Shown here piece after piece: positions 38,391 through 51,977 of a stretch of 64,000 bases of DNA (positions within the stretch are counted from its first letter, which is position 1; each line of letters starts with the position of its first letter). The notes under the pieces were generated by a model. That model searched no databases, was not told the DNA's origin, and saw only the letters and a list, made by a program, of their open reading frames with translations. The translations under genes and the position numbers were made by a program. The stretch is from Dictyostelium discoideum (taxonomy: Eukaryota): positions 192,001-256,000 of the forward strand of contig CM000154.2 in assembly GCA_000004695.1 (NCBI GenBank), written 5' to 3'.

Positions 38391-40443
38391 ATATATAACA
38401 AATGTTAATAAAGATTTAAAAATTAAACCAATTACAAAGATATTAATTGCAAATAGAGGTGAAATTGCATGTCGTGTAATGAGAACAGCAAAATCAAAAG
38501 GTGTAAAAACCGTAGCAGTTTATAGTGAAGCAGATAAGAATTCATTACATGTTTCAATGGCAGATGAGAGTTATTTAATTGGACCAGCAGCAGCCAAAGA
38601 GAGTTATTTATGTGGAAATAAGATCATAGATGTAGCAAAGAGATCTGGAGCACAAGCAATTCATCCAGGTTATGGTTTCTTATCAGAGAATTCAGATTTT
38701 GCTGATCTCTGTGAGAGAGAAGGTATCATTTTCATTGGACCACCATCAGATGCAATCAAAGCAATGGGTAGCAAAAGTGCCTCAAAGGATATTATGATCA
38801 AAGCTGGCGTACCAACCATCCCAGGTTACCACGGTGAAGATCAGTCAATGAGTGTGTTGAAGAGTGAGGCTGCAAAGATTGGCTATCCAGTATTGATTAA
38901 AGCTGTTATGGGTGGTGGTGGTAAAGGTATGAGAATCGTTGAGAGAGAGGAGGATTTAGAGGACGGTGTTGAGTCCTCAAAGAGAGAGGCCACCGCATCC
39001 TTTGGTGATTCTAGAGTTTTGGTAGAAAAGTATTTAGTTCATCCAAGACATGTGGAGATTCAAGTTTTCGCCGATAGACATGGTAATTGTGTTCACCTCT
39101 TTGAGAGAGATTGTAGTGTACAAAGACGTCATCAAAAGATTATCGAAGAGGCACCAGCTCCACATCTCTCTGAGGAGCTTAGAAAGAAAATGGGTGATGC
39201 TGCAGTTGCCGCCGCCAAGGCTGTAGGTTACGTTGGTGCTGGTACCGTAGAATTCATTTTATCCGCTGATAATAGCTTCTTCTTTATGGAGATGAATACC
39301 CGTCTTCAAGTGGAGCATCCAATCACTGAAATGATCACCAAACAAGATTTAGTAGAATGGCAATTGAAGGTAGCCGAATCCCAAACACTCCCAATGGAGC
39401 AAGAACAATTGAAGATTCATGGTCACTCTTTCGAAGCTCGTATCTACGCAGAGAATCCAGATAGTGATTTCTTACCAGGTACAGGTAAATTAGCACATCT
39501 TTCAACACCAACACCATCCGATACTTTACGTGTTGAAACTGGTGTACGTCAAGGCGATGAAGTTAGCGTTTACTATGATCCAATGATTGCCAAATTGGTG
39601 GTATGGGATCAAGATAGAGAGAAGGCATTAAGATATTTAAGAAATGCTCTCGACGAGTACCATATCATTGGTCTCAATACAAACATCTCTTTCCTTAAGA
39701 GATTATCAACTCATCCTTCATTTATGGCTGGTGAAGTTGAAACTGGTTTCATCCCAATTCACAGAGAATCCTTAATGGCCCCACAAGCTCCAATGTCTGA
39801 TGATTCATTAGCATTGGCTGCCACAAGTTTACTCTTAAAAGAGATCACTCAACAAAAATCAAAAGAAGATCCAAACTCACCTTGGTCAAGTTTAGGTGGT
39901 TTCCGTATTAATCATAATTTAAAAAAACAAGTTAAATTCAATCAAAAAGATAATAAAGTTGTTGTTAATGTTGAATTCATTGGTGGTGGTGGTGCTGCTG
40001 CTAATGGTAAACATAACTTTAAAGTAACTTTAGATAATGGTAATGTCGTTGAAGTTTTAGATGCAAAATTAAATCAAAATAATGAAACTATTAGTGCTCA
40101 TGTAAATGGTAGATTCTATAATAACATTAAATCCGTCATTGTAAAGGATACTTTAACAATCTTTAATGAAGGTCAACAATACCAATTGGATATTCCTCAA
40201 GATGTTAAACCAAAAGGTGCTGATGGTGTATTGGGTTCTTTAGTTTCACCAATGCCTGGAAAAATCACTAAAGTTATGGTAAATGTTGGTGACATGGTTA
40301 AAAAGGGTCAACCAATCTTACTCATGGAAGCAATGAAAATGGAACATACTATTCGTTCTCCAATCGATGGTAAAGTTGAATCATTACCTTATAATGTTAA
40401 TGAAATCGTTGAGGATAAGAAAACTTTGGCTGTTATTGTTTAA
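38391..40443 (+). CDS. mccA: Methylcrotonoyl-CoA carboxylase alpha, exon 2: biotin carboxylase domain plus C-terminal biotinyl domain (AMKMEHTI); total 699 aa
   Basis: Acceptor tctag at 38389-38390; phase 2 (AG + A = Arg). ...ITKILIANRGEIACRVMRTAK... (ATP-grasp biotin carboxylase N-terminus) continues upstream of the ORF-track Met at 38479. LLMEAMKMEHTIRSP matches MCC-alpha rather than PCC-alpha (AMKMQN). Confidence 0.75.
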
Positions 40444-41269
40444 AAAATAAAAAAGAAATTAAAAAAAAAAAATGAAAAAATGGGAAAGTGGAAAATAAAA
40501 TAAAAAATAAAAAATAAAAAAAAAAAATGTTTAAAAAAAAAAAATAATAAAAAAATAAAGTGAAATAAAATTTATTTGTATATGTGTAAATATTTACTTA
40601 TTTAAAAATATTATTGAGGTATGTTGGAGGGGGTGGGTGTGTGTGGTGTTTCATTTTTTTCATTTTTTTTTTTTTTTTATTTCCTTTTTTTTTATTTCAT
40701 TTTTGTTTTTTTTTATTTCATTTTTATTTTTGTTTTTTTTTTTTTTTTTTTTTTTTTAATTTTTTCAAATAAAATATTAATTTTATATATCTCATTTTAT
40801 TTTCATTCTTTATTTATTTATTGCAAAAAAAAAAAAATAATAATAATAATTATAATTATAATAATAAAATTAAAATTAAAATTAAAATACAAAAAGATAA
40901 TTTTTATAGTATCTTTAAAGTTTGATTAATTTTTTCTTTTTTTTTTTTTTATTTTTTTTTTTTATTATTTTTTAAAAAAATTAGGTAAGTAAATATCTAA
41001 AAATTTTCAATTATTACTTTTACTAAAAAATAACAAACGTTGGAGAAAAAAAAACAAATAGTAATGATTAGAAAATTTGTAATAAAAGATCTTCCATAAT
41101 CAATAAAATGATGTGTGTGGTTATTATCACACAATCTTAATATAAAAAAGGAAATAAAAATAAATAAATAAATAAAAAATAATAATAAAAAAAAATAAAA
41201 AAAAAAAAATAATCAAATTAAAAAAATAAAAAAAATAAAAAAACAAATATAAAAAAAACAAAAAACAAA

Positions 41270-41304
<35 letters not shown>

Positions 41305-41611
41305 TAAAAAAATAAAAAAATTAAAATCAAATAAAAAAAAAAAAAAAAAAAAAATACATGATCATGGTCGTCATCAAAATATCTATATTTTTTTAATATT
41401 AATAATCAATATATTTAAATATAGTTTTTTTTTTATTTTTTATTTTTTTTTTTTATTTGATTTTTTTCCCAAAGAGTTTTTGGTTTATTTTTGTTTTTTT
41501 TTTTTATTTTTTTTAAATTTTTTTTTTTTTTTTTTTATTTTTTTTGAAATTTTTTTTTTTTTATAAAAAAATATAAACAAAATTGATATTATCTAACACA
41601 TAACAAATTCA

Positions 41612-41646
<35 letters not shown>

Positions 41647-41762
41647 GTATATAAAATATAAAATATAAATTTAAAATATAATAGAAATAAAAAAAAAAAA
41701 AAAAAAAAAAAATAGATAAAAAAAAAAAAAAAAAAAGAAATATATAGTTTAATTTAAAAGTA

Positions 41763-43072
41763 ATGGCAGATGCAGCCATTGTATCAGATATTTATATAGA
41801 AAAGATGTCAAATACAGATTATTCCACATCAAGTACAACAACTTCTGATACAACAGATTTAACTATCTCCACAGATAGTTTTTCAATGCCTCAACAACAA
41901 CAACAACAACCAATACCAATACCAATACCAATACCAATACCAATTCCTATATTAAACAATGGTAATAATTCAACAACAGCAACAACACAAGCAATTAATA
42001 ATAATTTAAATTTAAATAATAATTTAATTGGATCACCAAAGAGGTTATTGTCAAGTCAATCATTATCATCACAACAATTACAATCACCAAGTGCACCACA
42101 ACAACCTAAAACCTATCCATTACATGAAGCAGCATATAAAGGTGAATATGATAGATTGGTTTCATTGATTTTATTTACACAAGGAAAAATATCGGCAAGC
42201 ATTAAATCACCTTCAGGTTCACCACAATCTTCACGTCACAATCATCATAATCATCATCATACCCCAACCTCTCCATCATCCCAAAATAGCAGTAGCGGCA
42301 GCAGCAGCAGCAATAATAATAGTAATGGATCATTAAATCAACATTATCAACAAGATTTTACAGGTATAAATAGTTTAGATGATAAAGGTACAACAGCATT
42401 ACATCATGCTGCATTCAATGGACATAAACAATGTGTAAAATTATTATTGGCAAGTAATGCCTACACTGATGTACCCGATATTGACGGGTGCACACCACTT
42501 CACAATGCAGCATTCAATGGATATAAAACGGTGATGCAATTGTTATTGGACGCAGGTGCCGATGTAAATTCACACGATATAGATTTCAATACGGCATTAC
42601 ATAAAACATCATTCACTGGTTATCACAAATGTGCTGAACTTTTGATTGAACGTGGTTCTCAAGTTGAGGCAAGGGATAATCATGGTATCACTCCATTAAT
42701 TAAAAGTGCTTCCAGTAAAAACTTTAAATGTCTATCGGTTTTGATTGAACGTGGTGGTGCAAATGTAAACTCAAAAGATAATAGTAATAGCAGTGCACTT
42801 CATCAAGCTTGTTACAAAGGTAGTGATCGTTCAGTCTCACTCTTAATTCAAAAAGGTGCCGAAGTCAATTGTTTCGATAAAGAAGGCTACACACCATTAC
42901 ATAATGCAGTTTTCAATGGCTTTGAAGAATGTGCAAAAATTCTATTAGATAAAGGTGCAAATCCTGATCAAAGAGCTTTAGATGGTTGCTCTCCTTTACA
43001 TTATGCTGCTTCAAATGGTTTCGAAGGTTGTTTAAATTTATTAATTCGTCGTAATTGTAAATTAGATATAAC
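41763..43072 (+). CDS. Ankyrin-repeat / TBC RabGAP protein, exon 1 (poly-PI, His-rich and Ser-rich low complexity, then about 7 ankyrin repeats)
   Basis: ATG 41763; repeated TPLHxAAxNGH ankyrin motifs; donor ATA AC|GTATGT at 43073. Confidence 0.65.
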
Positions 43073-43075
43073 GTA

Positions 43076-43250
<175 letters not shown>

Positions 43251-43283
43251 ATTTATTTTATTTAGATATTAATCTCATGTTTT

Positions 43284-43318
<35 letters not shown>

Positions 43319-43324
43319 TATTAG

Positions 43325-45240
43325 TGATGTTAAAAGAGGTAGAACAGCATTACATTATGCAGCAAATAAAGGTCATATTGGTTGTGTTGAAATATTATTA
43401 AGAGCAGGTGCAGATTCAAATATTAAAGATTTATCAAATAAAACTCCAAAAAATTTAACAAAAGATTTACAAATCATATCATTACTTTCAACACCAATTG
43501 AAGAATTGAAAAAACATAAGAAATCTAAAAAAGGTAATAGTAAAGTTAATTCACCTGTATACCAATCACCACGTATTGATGGTGCTCCACAACAACAAAC
43601 TACTACAACTACAACTACCACTACAACTACTACAACTACAACATCTAATCAATCACCATTATCACAACAACAATTATTGGTGGAATCTTTATCATCATCT
43701 TCTTCAAATATTCAAGAGGATAAGAATTTATCACAACAAATACCAACACCAACAATAACAACAACTCAACCACCACAACAACCACAACAACAACAACCAC
43801 AACAAACACCACCACAACAATATATTATTTCAGTTGAATCAAATGTACATTCACCATCATCATTATCAATGACAAAAGAAGAGGGATCAATTCAACATTC
43901 ACCATTACAAAGTCAATCATCACCAACTGATGATGGTTCATCATTTCATTCTAGAACACCATCAACTGATTCAATTTCAACAGTTACTACAACAATGTCA
44001 AATTTAACAACAAGTAGTGCAACTGCAATTTTAGCAAATGCAAATTCAAATAATAATAATAATAATCACAATAATCACAATAATACAACTCCTAATAATA
44101 ATAATACAACTTCTTCTTCTTCTTCTAATAATAATAATAATAATACAAATTCAAATTCAACAACTACAACTACAACATCATCATTAAATAATTCAACATC
44201 ACCAGATACAACATTAAAACTTGATAAATATGGATTCGTTAAAGGTAATAATCCAAATGGTGGATTAAATGATGAAGAAGTTAAAACCAAAAAGATGGAA
44301 AAGATTGAAAAGAAATGGGTTAAATTGATAAAGTTTGAAGTTTCATTCACATCTCATAAGATTCGTGAACGTTTACCAAAGGGTATACCAAGTTCAGTTC
44401 GTGGTATGGCATGGAAAAAACTATTTGAAACTACATCAATCAAAAATAAAGCCAAAGTAACCTATGCAGAGTTATTAACCAAACCGTTACCACAGGGAAT
44501 TCATATTCAAATTCAAAAGGATTTAGATCGTACATTCCCAAAGCATAGTTTCTTTCAAGAGAAAGGTGGAATGGGTCAACAAATTCTTTCCAATATTTTA
44601 ACGGCTTTTTCAATCTATAATCCAGAGGTTGGCTACTGTCAGGGTATGGGTTTCATCACATGTTTACTCTTGATTTACATGGCAGAGGAGGACGCATTTT
44701 GGTCACTCATTCAACTCACCGAACGTTATGGAATGTCTGAAATGTGGAAACCAGATTTCCCTTATCTTCAAACTTGTTTCAGTATATTGGATAACCTATT
44801 GGAGGCGCATTTCCCTCAATTGTTTTTACACTTTCAAAAGCAAAATGTTTTCACACCACTTTTCGCCTCTCAATGGTTCATTTGTCTTTTGATCTACAAT
44901 TTACCCTTCTCCTATATCGTCCGTATTTGGGATCTCTTCCTCTATGATGGACTTGTAATTATATTTGCCTCTTGTCTTTCCCTCTTTAAAATCTACGAAG
45001 ATCATCTCTTGAAAATGGAGTTTGAAGAGATTGTTAACCTCTTAAAATTCTCAAATGGTGAAGATAAAAATATTAAAGCCGATGTTTCAACCTTTATGAA
45101 ATTGGTTGTCCATTATCGAAGTAAAATTAGACATACAATCAAAGATGGTCTTATTAAAGATCCAAATGAACATCGTATAAATAATAATAATAATAATAGT
45201 ACAATTTCAAATAATGGTAATAATATTAATAATAATCATC

Positions 45241-45245
<5 letters not shown>
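43325..45245 (+). CDS. Ankyrin-repeat / TBC RabGAP protein, exon 2: last ankyrin repeat, T/N-rich linker and TBC domain with Arg finger (IQKDLDRTFP) and Gln finger (YCQGMGF); total about 1076 aa
   Basis: Acceptor ttattag at 43323-43324. Phase 2 (AC + T = Thr) is in frame with ORF 43506..45245. The intron 43073..43324 is filled by a roughly 170-nt (ATT)n microsatellite. Confidence 0.65.
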
Positions 45246-45274
<29 letters not shown>

Positions 45275-45353
45275 AAAACAAAATTTATATAAAAACAATT
45301 TTAAAAAAGTAATAATACTTTTTAGTAATATTAGTAATAGATAATAATAATTA

Positions 45354-45386
<33 letters not shown>

Positions 45387-45412
45387 TAAATATTAATTTA
45401 ATAAAATAGAAT

Positions 45413-45467
<55 letters not shown>

Positions 45468-45837
45468 CAACATGTAAAATAAAGAAATATTCTTGCTCCT
45501 TTTTTAAATTAATAGGAAAAAAAAAATTATTATTTCTATTACATTTTTTTTTTTTTTTAACAAGATTTTATTTAAGAAATTTTTGGATTTTTTTTTTTTT
45601 TCTAATAAAAAAAAAAAATCCAAATATAATTATTTTATAATAAATAAATTTTTAATCAAATATGTAAATATTAAAATATTAAAAAATTGTTTTTATTTTA
45701 TTTTATTTTATTTTATTTTATTTATTTTTTTATTATTTATTACATTTAAAAAAGTATAAAAAAAAAAAAAATATATAAAAAACAAAAAAAAAATAAAAAT
45801 AAAAAGAAGAAATAATAAGAATAAAATTTAAAAAAGT

Positions 45838-46680
45838 ATGAATTTTGAAATTATAAATGATTTTACTCGAAATAATATAGAATTTAATTTTAAAGAATAT
45901 TATCAATTATTAAAATTAAAAGAAGAAAATTGGAGAAATTATAATCAATTGTATCCATTTCCAAATGAAATAATAATTTCAATATTATTTTCATTAGCTA
46001 GAAAGTACAAAATATGTACAAAGAATGTTCATTATTCAATTTGTTTAATTCAAAGGTATTTGGGTTTATTTGAATTTAATAAAAAGAATCAATCACCTAA
46101 TAAATTATCTTCATCATCTTCATCTTCTACTTTATCATCCACTTCCTCTTCATCATCTTTAAAAGAATTAAATGAATTTCAAATTTCAATATGTGCATTA
46201 AATATATCATGTAAATTAAATCAAGTTTATTGGTGTAAAACATTTGAATTTAAATCAATAATAAATAGTTACTTTGAAAAAGATGATTATTTAAGAGTTG
46301 AAATTGAATTTTTAAGTATCATAAGATTTCATATTACTATTCCATTAATTAGTGATTTCGTTGGTATTATCATTGATGGTTTCTATCTCTCAAAGAATCA
46401 AGAAGATACATATAAGTCAATAATTGATTTCATTTATTTTAAACCAAATGAATTCCTTTGTAAACAATCTTTCACTCTATTGGCATTATCTGTTTTATGT
46501 ATTACATTTTCAATTCATGACCCAACTTCATTAAACTTTTATATAAAATGGGCTTCAAATATTTCAAATTATACATTTCAATCATTACAATTACAAATTA
46601 ATAATATTATTAAAATTGTATTTAATAATAAAATGACATTAAAAGTATTTAATGAACAAATTTGGGGAAATAAAAAATAA
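45838..46680 (+). CDS. Hypothetical 280-aa protein, possibly a cyclin-box-fold protein
   Basis: Single ORF from ATG 45838. IIISILFSLARKYKICTKNVHYSICLIQRYL loosely fits the cyclin N-terminal helix pattern; weak. Confidence 0.4.
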   Translation: MNFEIINDFTRNNIEFNFKEYYQLLKLKEENWRNYNQLYPFPNEIIISILFSLARKYKICTKNVHYSICLIQRYLGLFEFNKKNQSPNKLSSSSSSSTLSSTSSSSSLKELNEFQISICALNISCKLNQVYWCKTFEFKSIINSYFEKDDYLRVEIEFLSIIRFHITIPLISDFVGIIIDGFYLSKNQEDTYKSIIDFIYFKPNEFLCKQSFTLLALSVLCITFSIHDPTSLNFYIKWASNISNYTFQSLQLQINNIIKIVFNNKMTLKVFNEQIWGNKK

Positions 46681-46970
46681 AAAATAAATAAAACTGAAAA
46701 AAAAGAAATTAATTAAAAAAAAAAAAATTTAAAAAATTTAAATATCTTTATTAAATTATTTTTTAAAAAAATTAAGAAATTAATAAATTTTATTATAAAT
46801 TAATAAAATTTAGCAAACTCTCTCATTTTTAAACTAATTAATTTAATCAATTTTTAATTAAAATTTTTCTCAAAATATGACAAAAACTTTTAAAAAATTT
46901 TATTTTTTTTCGTAAATTATTCTCAAAAATTTTTAAAATCAAAAAAAAAGTTCACAATGCCATTAGATTT

Positions 46971-47006
<36 letters not shown>

Positions 47007-47045
47007 TTTTAAAAAAATCAAACACATATACACAAAATAATTATA

Positions 47046-47555
47046 ATGAAAACCGAACTAAAACCAACACCAACTATTACAACAGTTCCAGATGAATGGT
47101 TCGAAAGTTTACTTAGACATGAAGGTATTTCAACATTAAATAATACTTCTGATACTCCATCATTTTTTATATTAATGGGTGAAATGAAAGATTTGAAAAT
47201 TCCATCTAGTGAAATAGTATTGTCAAAACATTATATTCTTAAAACGATTTTTTTAAAAGGTGGGGAGCTTCAAGTGAATTTTCCGTCACCAAAAGTTAAA
47301 GTTTTCGTTGGCTATTTTAAAGATCCCAATAATAGAGATGGTGAACTAACAGTTTTCTTACTCCGAGAATTAGAACAAACACACACATTCAATGTATTGC
47401 AAAGACATATAGAAAACCCTAACCCAATTAATGGTTTACAAACTGATTATGAATCATTTAACCATCTTTTACAATTTATTCAAGAGCATCATAATGAAGG
47501 TAAATCTTTGTGGGAAATTGATCCAACACATAAATATGATAAAGAAAAATTGTAA
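47046..47555 (+). CDS. Hypothetical 169-aa protein
   Basis: Single ORF from ATG 47046 with non-repetitive composition; no family recognised. Confidence 0.4.
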   Translation: MKTELKPTPTITTVPDEWFESLLRHEGISTLNNTSDTPSFFILMGEMKDLKIPSSEIVLSKHYILKTIFLKGGELQVNFPSPKVKVFVGYFKDPNNRDGELTVFLLRELEQTHTFNVLQRHIENPNPINGLQTDYESFNHLLQFIQEHHNEGKSLWEIDPTHKYDKEKL

Positions 47556-47981
47556 ACAAATTATTCATCTATATCTAAATCCATTAAATTTAAAATAAAA
47601 TAGATATAAAAAAAAAAAAAAATTAAATCTTACTTTTTTTTATTTTGCATTATTATTTATTTTTTAAAAAAAAAAAATCAATATTGATAATATTTATTTT
47701 TTTTTTTTAATTGTCTAATAATGATTAATCAAGGAGGAAATTTAAAAAAAAAAAAAATATTAGTTAAAATGAAAATAAAATATCCAAAACCATTGTCGTC
47801 AAAAAAATATCAAATCATTTTTAAAAAATAAAAAAAAAAAAAAAAAAAAAATCAATCAAAATGTTTCAAATAAAATAAAATATCTTTTTTTTTTTTTTTT
47901 TTTTTTTTTTTCATTTTTATTTTTTTTAGTTTATTTAATTATTTTATTGTTTTTATAATTTCTATAAATTTTAAAATAAAA

Positions 47982-49528
47982 ATGAATAAAGTAGTAGTTA
48001 AAGCAAAAGATAATGATGACTTAAGAAGTTCAATTGAATTTGCAGAATTTTTTGGATTTAAAATTAATTATCCAGAATGTTTATATGGTGTAATACCACC
48101 AAAAGAATATATCGAAGCCATTGAATTTATAAATGCAAATTCAATAAGGTAAATTAAATTATTTAAAAAATAAATAATACAACTCTTTCTTTAAAATATA
48201 ATAATAAAAAAAATAAAAATTGACCAAAAAATAAAAAAATAAAAAAAAATAAAGAGATAAATTAGTATTAGGTGATTCATTTATAGTTTTAATATTATCA
48301 ATGCTTTTATTATTTATACCACATATTTTTATTTTATCATCAGATTATAGAAAAAGAACAAAATATTTAAAAGATGTAAGATTTTAAAAATAAAAATTAA
48401 AAAATTAAAAATTAAAAATTAAAAATTAAAATTAAAAATTAAAAATTAAAAATTAAAAATTAAAAATTAAAAATTAAAAATTAAAATTATTATTTAATTA
48501 TTAATTTAAAAAAATTTAAATAAGATTGAAGATGGTATAAAACCAGCTATTCAACAAATTAATAATACTCTTGGAGCAGCCAGAGGTGTAACATTTGCTT
48601 ATAAAATGGCAAGAAATGTAAAAAAAATTAAATTAATAATTTCATACCCACAAAGTCAAGCTGTACAACTACCAATTTCAAATTCATTACTTGCAACTGA
48701 TAATACACATATTTTATTATTAAATGATTTAGGTGTAAGTAAAATTAAACAATATAAAAATAAAAAAATAAAATATGTGTGTGTAAAATTAATTATTTTT
48801 TGATAAAAAAAAAAAGTATCAAAGATATCAATATTCTCAAACTTATCATTATTGGACAGAGAATTTTAATAATAATTCAATGAAACCAATTTATGTTAGA
48901 ACTGGTTGGATTAGTGATGGAAGTGTTTCAACCAAGAAATTTCAATATCCACCACAATTATATAATTATATTTCAAGTAATGAATTATTTGCAGTATTAA
49001 AAGAATATGAAGAATTTAGAGGACCAAAAGCACCAGATCATTCAACTTTAGAAAATATTGCAATTTTTACAGCTGCTTTTCTAGTTGGTATTTTCCTTTT
49101 AATTTATTTAAATTATGGATTTAAAGATGAAGAAGATCAATATTATCAAGATTATTTCAATTCAATCGAAGGTTTAATGAATCAATTTAATCAAAGATTT
49201 TCACAAAGAGGAATTATATTTAAAGCATACAGATTAAAACAACGTGGTGCACATAAACCAGATGTATGTTTTCATCTTTTTTTTTATTTATTTTATATCT
49301 ATTGATTATAATCAAAAATCACTAACTTTATAATAATTATTATTGTAGTTGGTTATTTATATTCCAAAAGAACAAAATGATATGGCACAATTAATAACTA
49401 CTCAACCAAGTAATTACCCAATGGTTGTTTCATCTTTAAATGGCAATTTCTTACCATTATTCCAAGTTAATCAACCAATACTTTTTAATGCATTACCACA
49501 ACCATCAGTTATTAAAATTTCAAACTAA
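47982..49528 (+). CDS. Five-exon gene for a roughly 342-aa protein with one internal TM helix (IAIFTAAFLVGIFLLIYL); function unknown. Exons: 47982..48148, 48351..48375 (25-nt micro-exon), 48525..48734, 48817..49263, 49349..49528
   Basis: All phases are consistent: donor ATA AG|GTAAAT 48149; acceptor ttatag 48349-48350 with donor GAT|GTAAGA 48376; acceptor aaataag 48523-48524 with donor GGT|GTAAGT 48735; acceptor aaaaag 48815-48816 with donor GAT|GTATGT 49264; acceptor ttgtag 49347-49348; stop TAA 49526-49528. Intron 2 carries an (AAAAATT)n tandem repeat. Confidence 0.4.
48390..48496. repeat. (AAAAATT)n 7-mer tandem repeat, about 15 units, inside intron 2 of the 47982-49528 gene
   Basis: Visible periodic array aaaaatt aaaaatt ... 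Confidence 0.85.
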
Positions 49529-49596
49529 AAATAAAAAAAAAAAAGATTTAAACTAATTATATATATATATTTTATTTTTTTATTTTATTTTTTTTT

Positions 49597-50387
49597 TTAC
49601 AAATTTTCATCATCTAATAATGAATATTTATTATTATCTTTATTACCAATTAATTTATTATTATTATTATTATTTTTAAAGAAATTAATTTGATTTTTTA
49701 ATTTTTTTTTTTTTTTAATTTGTTTTAATTTATAATTAAATAAATAAAAAGCAACTATAATTAAAATTGAAGCGATCGTTGTTAAAATACAATTTATAAA
49801 TGTTAGGGTTATACCATTCTCTACGAATAAAGTTGAAGGATTTTCAATTGACTCTTTTTGAATTAATTTTGGAAATTGAAAAACGAATAAATAAGCAGAG
49901 ATATACATTAAAATCGTTCCACAAGTGTATAGAAATCGGAATATCATAATATATTTCCCAAATAGGATTTTTATATGAACTGTTTCATTTTCAATTGAAA
50001 TTAGTTCATTGAAATTACTAAAACTTTGAGTTACTTTAATTGTTCCAATTTCTGATTTTCTTGTGACAAATGTAAATAGTAAATAATTTAATTCAACTAT
50101 AAACATGATTAATAGAAATGTTATGAATGATAAATTTATATAATAAATGGTTGATACTATTTTCAAGGTTTTTTCATTATATGGTCCAGCACATTTTTCT
50201 TCATTCTCTGAATATGAACATTTACCTAAATAATATGATTTTTCATTTTCATTTTTATCCAATGCATATCCTGTAACATGAGTTAATGTATATTCAATCT
50301 TTAAATCATATTTATGAATAATATTTAAATTAAATTTTTCTAAAAATTTAAATTCATTTATTCTTTGATTTATCCATGGCATTTCAC
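49597..50387 (-). CDS. Exon 2 of the tetraspan membrane protein (Cys-containing extracellular loop, 3 more TM helices, Lys-rich tail); about 293 aa
   Basis: Acceptor aaaaaag at 50389/50388. Phase 1 (A + GT = Ser) gives ...SEMPWINQRINEF..., in frame with ORF 49597..50382. Confidence 0.45.
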
Positions 50388-50467
50388 CTTTTTTTAATAT
50401 AAAAAAAAAAAAAAAAAAAAATATTAATAAAAAATAATAAAAATAATAATTTAAAATAAATATTTAC

Positions 50468-50555
50468 TTTTTATTGCAAAAGTTGATAAAACCATTGACA
50501 TAGCGAAAAATAACACTGAAATAAATGATAATAATTTGTAAAATTCTACTTTCAT
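50468..50555 (-). CDS. Exon 1 (signal anchor MKVEFYKLLSFISVLFFAMSMVLSTFAIK) of a tetraspan membrane protein
   Basis: ATG at 50555; donor AAA A|GTAAAT at 50467/50466. Confidence 0.45.
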
Positions 50556-51539
50556 AATTTATTATTTTTAATTTATTGATTAATTATTTTATTTTTTATT
50601 TAATTTAATTTAATTTAATTTAATAAATTTATTTCTGGTAAGGGTTGGAAAAAAAAAAAAAGAACCCCTTCACCTTTTTTTAAATTTTAAATATAAGGGG
50701 ACATTTATAAGGGTTTGGGGAGGGAATTTTTTTTTTTTTTTTTTTTTTTTTTTGTATTAAATTTTTATATTTGGTGTGTATTGGACATTAATTGATTCAT
50801 TTGATCAATTTTTTGTATTTGTTACAAAAATAAAAAAATTAAAAAAAAACATTGTAAATTAAAAATTATAAATAAATTGTTTAGAAAAAAAAAAAAATTA
50901 ATAAAAAATTTAAAAAAAAAAAAAATAAAAAAAAAATTGAATTTACCAGGATTATGGAGTTTTTACTGGTATAAACCAATTTTTTTTTTTTTTTTGTTTA
51001 ATTTTAATTTTTTTTTTTTTTTCATTTTTTTTTTTAATGCAATCGTAGATCTGACATCATTGTATGGAAAAATATGAGAAATTATCGAAAACTAAAAATA
51101 AAATCCTAAAAAAAAAAAATTAAAATTACTAAAAAAAGTTTTTAAATAAATCAGTAATGATTAATTATTTTTAATCATTTTTTAAATGTCTACAACATTT
51201 AAATTATTTATAAATACTATGTTTTTACAAAACATTGTTTCACACATTTAAATGATTTTTTTTACATTCTCCACACATCATAACCCTCAAATCTGAAATT
51301 TGTAAAAAAAAAAAAAAAAATTTATAGATTAAATATTAAAAGATTTCCATTTTAAGTAATTCAGTTTTTTTTTTTTTATTTTAATAATAAAATTCCTAAA
51401 TAAGTCATACAATTATTATAATAGAAATTAATTTTTAAATATCTTTTTTTTAATTATTTTTTTTTTTTTGTTATTTTTTTTTTTTTTATTTATTTATTTA
51501 TTATTATTATTATACTATTTTATTATCAAATATTAAAAA

Positions 51540-51883
51540 ATGAATAAAGAAATAGAAAATTTGGAAAATTATAATTATTTAAAAAGTTGTTTAGAATTAA
51601 TTGAAACAAAATATTTTAACCAAAAAGAAGAATTTCTGAATCAATTAAAACTAGCAAATTTAGAAACAATTAATAAATTATTATATGCAATAATTAGAGA
51701 AAACATTTTTGAACAACAAAAAAAAGAAGAAAAAGAAGATTTCAAATTAATTGAAAATGAAAATTATTATTTTATTTTTAAAACTAAAAATCAATTAAAT
51801 CCAATAATGAAATTAAAAATACCAATAAACCAAGTTTATAGTTTAAATAGATTTTCAATTTCGGATTTTCCAAGTTTAATAAC

Positions 51884-51977
<94 letters not shown>

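Noticed and set aside
40621-41330. ORFs 40621..40929 and 41127..41330 (poly-F, poly-Y)
   Set aside because: Homopolymer and AT-repeat translations in the mccA 3' intergenic desert.
48377-48496. Regular short tandem repeat considered as a CRISPR-like array
   Set aside because: It is a 7-bp (AAAAATT)n microsatellite with no spacers, in a eukaryotic intron. The repeated blocks inside interaptin are in-frame coding duplications, not repeat-spacer arrays.
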